Assembly (NCBI GenBank): GCA_965112735.1
Contig: OZ218959.1
Location: 1,240,001-1,304,000, forward strand
Reading direction: 5' to 3'
DNA length: 64,000 nt
From: Phaeosaccion multiseriatum
Taxonomy: Eukaryota > Protista > Ochrophyta, other classes
The first letter of the stretch is position 1, and every line of letters begins with the position of its first letter. Below are positions 23,076 to 35,875 of the stretch, in pieces. The notes beneath the pieces were generated by a model. It ran no database searches. It was not told where the DNA came from and saw only the letters and a list, made by a program, of their open reading frames with translations. A program made the position numbers and the translations under genes.

Positions 23076-25959
23076 ACATTACTTTTAGACAACCATAGAT
23101 GGCACTTAAGGGTGTAATATATATATGAACTCCTGGCTCACCAAGGTTCGCGCGGTGATAGAGCGGCTCACCGCATGCGCCACTCACTCGCATATCATCC
23201 AGGTAGGCGGTGGCTCGCACTCCAGTGCCCTGCATGAGCCTATTAACCAGTGCGAGCCACCGCCTACCTGGATGATATGAGAGTGAGTGGCGCATGCGGT
23301 GAGCCGCTCTATCACCGCGCGAACCTGGTGAGCCAGGAGTTCATGGCCCGTAGGCTTGCGGAGGTCAGCCTCTCCCTCAATCTCACCAAGTGCGTCGTGC
23401 TACTGGGGAAGGGGAGGGTGCTGTCACCACAAGAGAGGGCATGGCTCGAGAAGACGGAGGGGGCGAAGGGGGGCACTAGGTGCATCACCCGACTGGCCAC
23501 TGAAGGGTCTGTAGTGGTGGGAGCGCCAGTTGGCACGCGTGCTTTTGTGGAACGCTATATAGAGGAGCAGCTAGGCATGACCAGCGTGATGCCCCAGCTC
23601 TGCGAGCTCGCTGGGCGCATGGACGACTCCTCCAGCTCGATGTACCTGGCAGTCAGGTCGATGACCCCCAAGGCCAACTTCCTCATCAAGGTAACCCCGC
23701 CGGACTTCATCCGACCCACCCTCACCCTCTTCGATACCCTTGTGGGCTACACAGCAACCAATTCCCTGGATCCAGGGCGCACCTCAGTAACGGCGATTCT
23801 AGAGGCACACAAGGCAGCGCAAGAGGAGAGGGCACTGCGGAGGGGCAGTGACACCTTCCGGATGCTCCCCCTCATGGGTGATGAGCTGCGAGCGAGACAG
23901 GCGAGGCTGAAGGTGGGCGATGGGGGCTTGGGACTCGTCCCCCAAGCTGAGCTCTGTGACGCAGCCTTCCTTGCAGGGGCGATGCAAGCCCTCCCCTTCG
24001 CCCTCAGGGAGGTGGGACCGCGGAGCAGACAGGCCCTGTCCCAGTGTGGGCAGGGACCCAACGGCTACCATATCCGTGTCATTCACACAGCAGCACGTGT
24101 CTTTGACCAACTCCCCAGCGCGCCCAAGGCAGACGCAGCCCAAGGTGCTCTCAGTCAACAGGAGCGCTTCCTCAAGTCCCTTCCGCGAGGATGGGCTGTG
24201 TTGCTCGCCCACGGCCACATCAGCAGACCGGAGGCCCTTCTCCTCCCCAAGGGGGGAGGCTTGCTGCGAGGGGCGCTCGGGCCCACATACTGTGACCTCC
24301 CCCCATGGGCAATCACAGCATCCCTGTACAGCGCGGCGCCAATCATCTCCCACCTCAGCGACAACAGATGGAGAGAGCCATGGCTGATCACCACGCTCTT
24401 CCCGGAGAGAGACGAGACCCCAGAGCATGAAGGGCACACACCTGTCGGTGGCAGAGGGGACCAGCCGGCTGCGAGTGATGCCCCCGGGGGGGGGCGAGAC
24501 ACAATCTAGGGGTGAAGGAGCAGACTTAGGCGAAGAGGATGATGTTGGGGCCGAAGTGATACACCCTGGGGTGGGTGCGGAAGGGTGCGATGCGGCTGCA
24601 GGGCAGCAGGGGACCGCAGATGGACCAACCTCTGATAGCGAGACAGACCCAGGGGGGGGGAGTGACGAAGACCCACAGGGTGAAAGTGACGAAGACCCAG
24701 ATGGTGGAAGTGACGAAGCCCCAGAGGGTGAGCATGACGTGGAACCAGGCGGTGGTGATGACGATGATGAGGGCGGCCGGCCACGCTGGCGGACAGAGGA
24801 AACCAAGATGTTGGACGAGGGAGGACCCTCCATTCCACACAGCCGACACGGAGAGAGGCGAGGCGCCCAGAAGCGCTATACCAAGCTCCTCACGTCGAAG
24901 GCGAGGGCAGACTTCTTGGAACGCTTGAAAGCCATTCCACAGCAAGACCAACGGGAGAAGTGCCTGGCCAGAGCCTGGCCAGAGCCCTCAGCCACAGCGT
25001 GAAGGGTGCTGGTGCGTGGCTCCATCTTCAGCCGACCAAGAAGGCAGGGGGAGCACTCCACCTCACGGACGCCGAGCACAAGAGTGCCATTCGGCGAAGA
25101 CTTGGCATCGACCCCACCTACAGCAAGGACTGTCATAAGTGCCCTGGCAAGGCGCTGACGGAGGGGCACATCGTCACCTGTACCAAGACGGGGCTCAGCA
25201 CACCCCAACACGACGCTGTGCAGAAGGCACTTGTCGCCCTGCCTGATGAAGAGCGAGGGCCTGGGCAGAGGGATAGTCCAGAACACCGGCTTCCCCTTCT
25301 TTATGAGGGCAAGAACGGTCACCCCGCGACGAGGGAGAGGGGGGAGCAACGCCGTGAGGGGTGACGCCCACGTGGCCAAGCAGATGGAGATGGACATCGT
25401 GACTCCCCCCAGGATGTTTGAGCTTCCATCCGACCATGAATATGGGGACGGCCACAAGTCCCTCATGATCGACGTCACGCTCACGGATGCCACCAACACC
25501 ACCAACCGGGCCAAGGCATCGAAGGAGGCACTCGCGGCAGCCAAGAAAGCTGAAGCGACCAAGCGCACCAGGTATGGTGTGCCACATCGAGGCATGGAGG
25601 GCCAGGGTGGAGACATCCACTATGACCCCACGAGGTATCATCTCGTCCCTTTTGGGATGGAGCAGCAAGGCGCATTTGGTCCGTCAGCACAGATGTTTAT
25701 CAAAAGACTCGCCACCCACATGGCTGGGGGGCACGAACATCCGGACATGAGAGCTTATGCGCGGGCTGTTTGCGTCATTCGGCGGCGTTTAGCCGTAGCG
25801 CTCCAGCGGGCTCGATACGATAGATCGATTCGCGATAGGATCCTGGCTGGCATCAACTTTATGCCAATCGGGAGAACTAACGCATCGGAGGGCAGTTCCC
25901 CGGGGCGGTGAGACATTACTTTTGGACAATCATAGATGGCACTTAAGGGTGTAATATAT
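23076..25959 (+). mobile_element. 5'-truncated, frameshifted CRE-like non-LTR retrotransposon (RT C-terminal half, Zn knuckle, restriction-like endonuclease)
   Basis: RT AYLDD..SLNLTKC..VVGAPVG, thumb region ARLKVGDGGLGL, GAWL..P, Zn knuckle CHKC..GHIVTC, HDAV, endonuclease D..IDVT..K..Y, PFGMEQQGAFG, RLAVALQR. Frameshifts near 24490, 24970 and 25240. A 47-bp direct repeat lies at both ends. Confidence 0.85.
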
Positions 25960-26976
25960 TATAGGATCTTCCTGGGGTCGAAAAAAGTGTTCAGGAATAC
26001 ATTCATCATCCCCCCCCCCGCACTGGCTCAGCTCCTCTTTCACCACACCAGACCGGCTCCCACCTCCCTGCTGCTCATCATCCACCTTCTCTTCCCTCCA
26101 CGACTTGTTCCTCCTCCTCTTCATATAAATCTTCCTCCTGCCCGTGCCGACGGCGCACCCTGCACTCTGCCCCCCCTAAAGATTGAAGGTTGAAGAGCCT
26201 CATCTGAGGGCAGAGCATGTCCCTCTTTTCTTCTCTCCGCTCTGCATCGAGCCTAAGGCCGGCCCGCCCTGCCCACCTCTATCCCCCCTCCCTGGCCTTG
26301 GACCTAGGCCGTCGCCATGACCGAGCTGTAGTACGGTTTGAGAGTCGTAAGTATAGCGCTGAGGCTCCAGCGCTGGCAGCGACGCCTCTGACTCGAACAG
26401 GCCTCACATCATCACGGCTCAGGAGGAACGAAGAGCCTTCAGCTTCCATTCCTTTCATGCTCTCCACATGAGATGATGCCAGCACAGACAGAGAGAGAGG
26501 CAGAGAGACCGAATGCGAACAGCTGCTCAGCTTCGTGCGGTAAGCCACCCCCTCTCTCTCTCCTCGACTGGGAGGTCTTGCTCCAACAGCGGCATCCCCA
26601 GACTTGTCTCCAAGAAGCGAGGAGATCCACTCGCTCACCCCCCCAAGTGGTTCGTGGACTGTTCCCTTGCCGCAGCGGCTTGTGCTTGTTCAAGCACACA
26701 CACACGCACGCACACACAAGGCACGCACGTACACACGTGAGGGACAGAGTTGAGTGGAGCGTCCAACTGAACGGTCCTTTCGACGCGTCCTGTAAGCTCT
26801 TGAGGCCCCTTCTCTCCTTCTCTTGTCACCCCGACCAACGAAGACAGACTCTGTCCGGTTGCCGCTTCTGCTGCTGCTTCTGCTGCTCTTCCTGCTACTG
26901 AGGGCAAAGTGCGGGCAAAACACCCCCCCCCCTCCGCCTCCCGGGTTGTCCCATACTTCGCTCATGGTGCGCAAAG

Positions 26977-28144
26977 TCAGGGCCGCGGTCCGAGCTTTCG
27001 GACCAAGCCGGGCCACAGCTTCCTGGACACTTTACCCTTGACCCTGAGAGGGGGGGGGGAGAAGATATGGAGAGAGAGAGAGGAGGGGAGGAGGTAGAGA
27101 AAGAGGGACAAAGGGGAGAGAGATAGAGAGAGAGCGCGTGCCAGGGAGAGAGACAGAGAGAGGCGGAGTCAGTGAGACACTTTAGCCTTCAGCACGTCGC
27201 ATGAAATCAGCACGCCCATCCATACCGAGCTGAGAGACATACGACCTCGAACTCACATGGCCATAGGCACGGGGCCGTACTGACGAGAGTCCGACGAGTT
27301 AGCGGCATTGTCTCCCTCGAGCCACACGTGTCCAGCAGGCACTTGTACAATACGGTCCTCGTCGTACCATGCCCGGGCGGTAACCTTCACCCGGTCTCCG
27401 GCCATGCCCACAATGCGCTTGCATATGTTCATGTGGGGGTTGGCGGGGCACTTGGCGACCACCACATCGCCCATCTTGTCGGGGTATAGGAAGGTAGACC
27501 GGCCGGCGAGGGAAGGGGGGCAGGGAAGGGGGGTAAGGGCATGTGTGTGGGGCATGGGGGCGCGAGAACCATCATTACTAGACAGAGTGCGTGCCTCATT
27601 CGTGCGAGTCTCCACTCCCGCTCTCAGCCGCTCAAGTGGTTTTGTGTGGCACAAAGAAAGAGAGGAGAAGGCCGACCAAACTGGGGAAGGCCTTGCAACG
27701 AAGGGTCGGGCTTTTGTGTGCGGGAGGCGCGATGCTTGGGGTGCACTCACTTTGGGCGGAAAAAGCCAAGGAACCGTCTTGTTGATGAACACCACCTCGC
27801 CCTCCTCTGCAACGGTGGGAAGCATGGAAGGTCCGATGCACTGGAGCGAGGAGTAAGTGGAGACAAGGAAGGGGAAAAGAGAGACGGCGTGGGAAGCCAG
27901 CACTAATACACTCCTCCCTTCCTCCTCCACCTCCACCCCCCACCACCTTTTTTCCCTCTACCACCTCAAATATCATGGAGTGGTGATGCAGCGCCTGTGA
28001 CTAGCCCGTAGGGCCCCTTACCGTAGTAAATTCCACAAAGTACTCGTTGAGGCAGTAGTACACACACCCAAATTGGAGAAAAGCCCGGACTTGGAGGGCA
28101 GCGGGGTGATAATACATAGCCCTCAAGCGGCCGACAGAAGACAT
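26977..28144 (-). CDS. IMP1: Mitochondrial inner membrane protease subunit 1 (peptidase S26), 4 exons
   Basis: Catalytic Ser CIGPSMLPT, Lys [38 protein letters not shown], and last exon [11 protein letters not shown]. Confidence 0.9.
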
Positions 28145-28409
28145 AAAGAAGAGCCTGCTGCAGCCTGCAAATAGCTTCAAATAGCGGCCTGACTTCTTAG
28201 CATACGGGCATGAGGAGCACCTCACAAATGGTTTCCCTGGCGCACCAACACACGAAGGAGTCACCCCACTCTCAACTCTCAACTCTCGCTCCCTCCCCCC
28301 CCTCCCTTATCTCTCTCCCTCCCCTCTTTCTCCCCTCCTCTCTCTGGTTCTCTCTCTCTCTCTCTCTCTCTCTGGCTCTCTCTCTTTTTCCCTTACTCCC
28401 TCTCTCCTA

Positions 28410-28464
<55 letters not shown>

Positions 28465-28562
28465 CTCTCTCTGTGAGGATTAGGAGCTCCCTGGTTGATG
28501 AGAAGGCCTTCAACTGTTGAGCGACACGATGTGGACTGATGATTAGCCCAAATGACCCAAAA

Positions 28563-30336
28563 ATGGGGGGAGACGCTGAGCAGACCTCAATTCCCCCACC
28601 ACCACTTGGCCTTCTTCCCGCCTTCTACGCTCAGACGGTTGTACTGGCCGAGAAGCACGCACATAAGGTGCCCAGGGTGTGGCGTGTCAGGAAGGAGCAA
28701 GAGCAGCAGCAAGAGGAGCCCGTGTACTGCCACCATTTGTTTGGGGAGTGTTTGCTTGACGGCCTCACTAGAGCGGAAACGCAAGGGCCATTTGCGATGG
28801 AACAAGCTGTCGTGTGTGTGAGAGTAAAGGAGGCCCGTCTGCATTGGACTCATGCGTCGGGGAGCCCGTCTGTAGAACAAAGAGCTGCACAAGAAGCAAC
28901 AGCACCAGCGTCGGTAGCCGCCGCAGCAGCAGGGGATGTAGAGAGACAAACAGAAGCAGCAGCAGCAGCAACAGTAGCAGAAGACGGAGAAGGGATGGGG
29001 GGAAATACTGGAGAGGTAGTCGTTCTTCTCTCTCTTGAAGAGGGGCGAGAGGGTGGAGCAGGAAAACCCAATACCGTCGATGATGATAGCGTGTGCCCTC
29101 TGGGACACAAGGCCCGACACGGACCACCACCAGCACCACTGGACGAGCGGGAGACGGGAGAGAGCAAGGAGGAGGAGGAGGAGGGGCTCGAGGCGGCGTG
29201 CCCGGCCCTAGTGCTCTGCCGACAGGGGCATGGTGAGGCCTTGCTCGACGCTCCAAGGGGGCCCTTCATCGCCCTGGCCGTGTGTGTGGCTGTGAGGGCG
29301 AGGGGCGGCCAGACCTTGATCACCAGACGAGCCCCGCACATGAGGATCTTTCCCCATGCCTGGGTGCTGCCTGGGGGGGCGGTGGACCCGCGTGAGACAC
29401 TGTTTGAGGCGGGCACCCGCGAAGTGAAGGTACGTGCGAGGGGCTTGCGTGCCTAGGGATTGGCCAGATAGCGGAGTGGGCAAGGGCCAGGGATGGCAAG
29501 GGACGGAAGGATGATAAGAGAGGAAAAGTTATGTGCTTCTACTTGGCTCCCGTCTTTTTGCTTGTGTGCCCTGGGCGAAGGGAGAGAGGGAAAGAGGAGG
29601 TCAGGGCAGGGATTCATGGCAAGCAAGGAGGGACGTTAGGAAGGAAGAGAGCGAGAGAATACCTCTCATCAGTGCATCATCGCTTCCTTCTCTCCATCCG
29701 TCTCGGCCGTGACCCCCCCTTCTCCTCATCTGTTCCTCTCTCCCTCCTGTCCTCCCCCTCTCCCTCCCTCCCTTCCATCCCCTCTTCCATGTCCCATCTC
29801 TCGCCCTCTCCCTCCCTCAGGAGGAGACCGGTCTGGACATACAACCGAGCAGCTGCTCCCTACTTGCCCTTTGGGAGTCTTGTTACCCAACATGTGTTAG
29901 CGAGTGCTCCTCCGCCCCTCACCTCAGAGGCCATCACCTTGTCGTGTTCCTGTTTGCGGACCTGGAAGAGGAGGCCCCTTCTCTTCCTCTTCAATTAGAG
30001 TGTGATGAGGTTGACGCGGCCCTTTGGCTTTCACCGGACAAGCTGGCCGAGGCGCTTACTGCTACATCAGATGGTGGGGGGGGTGGTGGGGGTGGGGAGG
30101 TTGAGCGGAGCGTTCGAGGGATTTACCCGCTCGGAGACGGCCTTTCGGGGGGAAATGGGCCGCCTTCGGGTATTGCAGAAGGGCACGCTTTCGCCTTGAC
30201 TCAGCTCAGAAGCAGACCAGTCAAGGACAGCGACAGCGACAGAGCAGCACCGGTAGCGACAGCAGCAGGGACGCAACCCCTTCTGGAGACTCCACAACCA
30301 CCCCCCCATCATCCCTATAATAACCGAAGAGTCTGA
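28563..30336 (+). CDS. Nudix hydrolase, NUDT17-like; exons about 28563-29429 and 29821-30336
   Basis: ITRRAPHMRIFPHAWVLPGGAVDPRETLFEAGTREVK|EETGL is a complete Nudix box split by a phase-0 intron, followed by LWESCYP and HHLVVFL. Confidence 0.88.
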
Positions 30337-30398
30337 AGTGCGTGCGTATCTCGACGCCCCTTCCCCCCACCCCCCTCAACTTGACTTTTACAACTGAT

Positions 30399-30575
30399 GC
30401 GATATTGAGCTATCGCCAAATAGCTGCGCTATTGGCCCGTTGGCACGCATCAATAGCTGATAGCGTGCCGGCTGGCACCTAGCTTGGTAGCGCGTCGGCC
30501 GCGCCTATGAATAGCTGATAAGTGTGCCGCCTGACGCCGGCAATAGGCAATAGCGATAGCTTACCAGCGTAGCTG
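30399..30575. repeat. Short foldback element built from TAGC(T) motifs and tandem hairpins
   Basis: AGCTATCGC (30408) pairs with GCGATAGCT (30553); internal stem GGCACGC..GCGTGCC (30442-30469); AATAGCTGATA occurs twice. Confidence 0.5.
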
Positions 30576-31169
30576 CCCCCTCCCGCACCTTGCCTCAAGT
30601 CCAATCGTGCGGCTGCGATGGTGTGATGAGCGATTCCCTCTGCTTGCTTGGTGTATTGTGTGCGCTACAGCGGTGCAGTCCAGAAGCGTGCTGTCCCACC
30701 AACAAACTTTTGGCATTCCGCCGCAGCCAGGTCGATTTCCCGACTGATTTTAAAAGGCACCAACGCTCGACATGAACCCATCTATGGACAATAGCTCAAC
30801 CCGGTAGTAAACGAGGGGCGAAATGCTTAGGTCTTTTTAGGTCTACTGTATTAACTTCAACAAAAGATAGAGATTCACAACACCTCAGGAGGCGACGGCC
30901 TTACAAGGAGGTCCGTATCGCTGCCTGAAGGCGAAGGGAGGACAGATCCCATGAGACAGACGCTTGACAAGAGGCAGGCAGCACTTCGCTTACGCACTAC
31001 AATTCACCCATTCGCCTCTCTCACTTAACAAGACCTTCTCCGTCCCACTTCCTCTGTAATTTCTCCTCCCATATGCCTCTAGTACCGACGGGGAGAGGAG
31101 GGGCCCCTCCCTGCCTCGTAAGCAAAAGCATATGGGCAAGCATAAGCGTACGGCTCTTGGCTGACTGAC

Positions 31170-32120
31170 TCAGTCACACTCACGCCTGCGTCTCCCACGG
31201 CATACCCCCTCGGGGAAGCAGCGCATTCGCAGTCTCCCTGCGACCACTGCCGCTGCCCACCCCTGCCGCTGCCGCCCCTGTGGAGGCGCTCTTCCACTGC
31301 CTTCGAGAGGAGCGCCTCCCGGCAGCTGGAAGCGCGGCGGGGCCTGTTCCTGTTCCTGCTCCTGCTCCTGCTTGTGTACCACCAACTCCTCCACCTCCTC
31401 CCCCACCTTCAGAGGCACTGAACTGACCCGCTCCCAGCCCCTCGTCTCTACCGCCGCTCTGCTCCAGCATGGCCGCCATTTGTTCTTCGGAAGGTTTGTT
31501 GACCTGCTCATGGTCAGAGGTAGCGCCAAGTGGGGTTGAGTGGAGTGGAGGGGGTGGAAAGAGAGGAGAGGGAACCATGGAAGGAGGGCAGTCCCGACAA
31601 GAGGCGAGAGGAAAGCTCAGACTTCAGAGGAGCAGTGCATGTGTAGCGTGTGGTGGGGGTGGTGGGTGGAGGAAGAGAGAGACATGGGAGAGGCGGCGGG
31701 ATGGAGAGAGAGACAAAGAGAAGAGAGAACAAGCACACACGCACACACAGACAAACACACAAACACACACACGCACGCACACACACACACACCCACACCC
31801 ACACCTGGAAGCGGCTGCCTGACGAGGCCAAAGACGCCCCCATGAAGAAAGCCTCTCCTGCGGACTCTGAAAGCGGCGCGGAGAGGGCATGTAGCCCTCC
31901 TCCTCCTCTTCCTCCCCCTCCTCCTCCTCCTCCTCCTCCTCCTCCTCCTCCTCCTCCTCCTCCTCCTCCGCCTCCGCCTCCTCCTCTCTCTCCTCCGCCT
32001 CTGTCTCCCCCCCCCCCAAGTACAAGCAGCTCGTCGTCCCCATCGTCCTCTGGCCGGGCCCCAAACCCGTACTCCTTCGTGCGGTCTCGGCTCGGCAAGG
32101 GCGGGCTGTACTGCACACTC

Positions 32121-32165
<45 letters not shown>

Positions 32166-35100
32166 CTGCTGCGCGAGTCGTTGCCATTCACTTGTTGCTT
32201 CTCCGTGTCCATCCCCATCGACAAGGACAGGGAGCCGCTCTGACTCCGAAAGCCCGAGTCGTGCAGAGAGGGGCTGGCGGGATGGCCTCCCCTAGCTACG
32301 AGGCTCTCCCCTCCTCCTCCTCCTCCCCCTCCCCCTCCTCCTTGCCCTCCTCCTGCTGCTCCTCCTGCTGCTCCTGTCCCTCTTGCGTTGCCCCCTCTCA
32401 CCCCAGAGAACTTCTTCTCGAGAGCCGTCAGCGGAGAGAGGGCCAGAGACGCTGAGGGGTAATCATTGGCGCACATGGTGACGTCATTCACGCACATGGT
32501 GACGTCATTCACGCACATGGTGACGTTAACACAAAGGGGTTCAGATTTGGGGGGGGGGGAGGGGGTGGGTCACGGTCAGGCTTTGAGTCAGAGTGGGTGA
32601 GGTTGGGCAACAAAGTGGGTCCCAAGATTCGGCCCAGCAGTCCCAACACCCGATGTGTCGATGGAGGGACAAAGTGGGAGAGGAAGTGGAGTGCGATTGG
32701 AGAAAGTGGCGGGCTGATGCCTCATCGACCACATGACTCAACACCTCCTCCAGGCAATGGGGAGGGCACTCCGCAACGTTCCTCTCTTGCAGATTGTCCG
32801 TGTGTGTCCGTGCGTGCGTGCGTGCGTGCGTGCGTGTGTGTTGGACATGACTACGACTCACCATCATCAGCCTTGTCCTTGTCCTCCGCTTTCTTGCCCC
32901 CCACACCCTCCTCGAGACCCCCTGCCGCCGCGGTGAGGCTAGACACAGAGACGCCCCCTCCCTCCGCGATGCTGCCCAGATCGTGCTCTCTCTGTATCAC
33001 CAACTGCTGCTGCTCCTTCTCTCTCTTCTTGGCTTCATTGAGATACAGCAGCAAGCTGTCTGACGTCAGACTCTGCTCCGCCACGTCCGCACCACCCCCC
33101 GGGGGACCACCGCTCCGGCCCCTCCTTCCGCTTCCGCCCGATGCCCTCCCTACCGCCGTCCCTCCTCTCGCCCCCCCTGCCTCCCCTGCTACCCCTGCAA
33201 GCCCGATTGTCCCGCCTCCGTCCAGCAGCCCGGAGCTCCTCTCCCGGGGGCCTGTCCCCAAGGGGGGCCCCATGAGTCTAGAGGATGCTGCCAGGGAGGC
33301 CTCCAAAGAGTCTTCGTGCTGACTCTCACCAGCGGCGCTGACATGTGATCGCGAAGTCAGGGGAGGTGTCGTTCCGAGGGACAGGGGGGGGACACCTGGT
33401 CCTGCTGCTCCTCCTGCTCGTACTCCTGCTGCTGCCTGCTGTTCGTTGCCGCTGCCGCCACTGACGCGCCTGTGCGGCTGGTACTGGTGCTGCTGGTACT
33501 GGTGCTGCTGCTGGTGCTGGTGCTGGTGCTGGTGCTGCTGCTGCTGGTGCTGGGGCTGGTGCTGCTGCTGCCCGCCCAGCCCTCCCCTCTTCTTGAGGTG
33601 GTCTCTTTGCCAACTCGTCACGAAGGAGTCCGCCTCGTCGTTGAAGAGGTTGCTTGCCGTATTCTTGCTGACGTACTCGCTGTCTCCAGCCAAGCTCTCC
33701 TCGAACCTCGAGCTTCCGGCTACATCCCGCCCTCCTCCTCCTCCTCCTCCTCCTCCTGCCCCTGCTAGTCCCCTCGTTCCTCTTCGTTTGGACCCCGCCG
33801 AGCTCGACCCCAAGACCGCCCCATTGACTGCCATCCTCGCCGCATTGCTCTCTGGAGCGCTCCCCACCTCCCTGCCTCTCCCCCCTGTGCCTCCCCTCCC
33901 CCCCGGAGCATCACCCCCTCCCCCAAGGTCATCCACCCCCCCAACCCGATGTACACTCCTTCGCCTGTTAGGGTTGTTGCTGCAGCGTAGTGAAGAGCCG
34001 TTCTGCTCCTGATGTTGCTGCTGCTGCTGCTGCTGTATCACCAACTGCTGCTGGTGGTGGTGGTTGTCACCCTCCCCGAAAATGCGTGACTTGCTGTTCC
34101 TCCTCCCCGTCTCCGCCCCTGTGGACACCCCAGCTGCGACTGCTGCTGTATCACCAACTGCTGCTCCTCCTGCCGGTGCTGCATCCCCATGGCCCTCGTC
34201 GGCTCCCATGGCCGTGGAGGAGAGGTGGAGGGGGGCTCTCGTTTGCCGCCTTCCGTGGTCCTCCTCCTCCTCCTCCTCCTCCTCCTCCTCCTCCTCCTCC
34301 TCCTCCTTCCACTGCCGCCTGCTCATCATACCCGGGTTGCCTGCTGAGGTATCCAGCCCCCCCCTGCCTCCTCCTCCTCCTCCTCCTCCTCCTCCTCCTC
34401 CTCCTCCTCCTCCTCCTCCTCCTCCTCCTCCTCCTCCTCCTTGGCTTGCGGCGCCGGGCCCAACCACCATGCTATCAATGGGGTCTCGGTAGGCGGAGCG
34501 CCCCAGCGGCATCGAACCCTGTTGCTGCAGCGGCGGCTGCAGTGGATGCGGAGACGTCTCGCTGGTCGTATTGTGACTACTACTGCTACCGTGGGCGTCA
34601 CTGCCGCTGCCTGCCCCGCCCCCCTCGTCGCCACCACCACCTCTCCTGTGCTGGTGCTTGCGCATCGCCACGGCTTCCTCCTGCTGGCGAAAGAGCTTGT
34701 CCAGCCGCTCCTGTGCCTCCTTTTGCTTCTGCGCCTTCTCCTGCTCCTTCTCCTCGGCCATGGCCCGCCTTTCCTCGTCGGCGCGGCGTGTGTACAGGTC
34801 CTCCTCCTGCTTCACCCTCTCCTGCTCCTCCTTCTTCCTCCTCTCCTTGTCGGCGATTTGCTCCTGCAGCGCTTGAGCCTGGGCCATTGCCGCCGCCTTC
34901 TTCCTCGCGAGAATCTCCTGCTGCACAGGATCCACCGCTGCCCCACGAGGCGTGTACCCCTCGCCAGGGGCAAAGGATCCTGCCGACCCTCGTCGATGAT
35001 GATGATGATGATGCCCTCCTCCCATCCCAGACATGGCATCCCCCACCCTCAAGCTGCTCGACAGACCCCCGCCCCCATACGCAGTGTCAGCGGTGGTGAG

Positions 35101-35830
35101 GGACTGAGCGTACAAGCTCCGAGACAAGCCGTCCACGGCTCCAACAGGGGCGGCGGAGGATGCCGCAACTGGCTGCTGCGCTTGCTGCCCTGGCTGCTGC
35201 AAGTGGTACGACGTATCGTACATTCTCCGCCCGCTTCCTCCTCCTCCTCCTCCTCCTCCTCCCACCGGCCCGCTGCCGGACTCCGGGCTAGGGTGGTACG
35301 GCTGCTGCTGCTGCTGCTGCTGCTGCTGACAGTAGGCGCTGCCCCCCCCCCCCCCCCCCCCCAGCACGGAGGACATGCCTGTGCCTAGCATATGCTGCTG
35401 CGCGATGGCCGCACTGGAGGGGCTGTATCCTCGCCCCTGGATCTGGTGCCGGCCCTGTTGGTTCTCCACTCCGGCCCCACGCACCCCCCCCTCCTGGTAC
35501 TCCAGACCCTGCCCCTCGCGCTTGGAGCGGGCCTTCCTGGCGCTCTGCTCCTCTGCCTGCTGCCGCAGATACTGCCCGTACTCGGCCTTGCGCGCCGCCG
35601 CCTCTTGCCTCTCGTCTCCAACCTGCTGCTGCTGCTGCTGCTGCTGCTGTTGGCGGTACACTGACGATGGCCCCCCGCCGTTGGAGTATCCGTCTGTACC
35701 GCCTGGAGCAGAGGAGGTGGGTTGCTGCTCCTTGCTGGGGGTGAAGGGCGATGGCCCCACCGGGCGATAGTCTCCCCTGCCGCTGTTGCTGCTAATATTG
35801 TTGTAGCTCTGAAGACTGGTCCCACCATGC

Positions 35831-35875
<45 letters not shown>

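Noticed and set aside
26279-26907. Additional minus-strand ORFs downstream of IMP1
   Set aside because: No recognisable domain, and I could not build a consistent splice path to IMP1.
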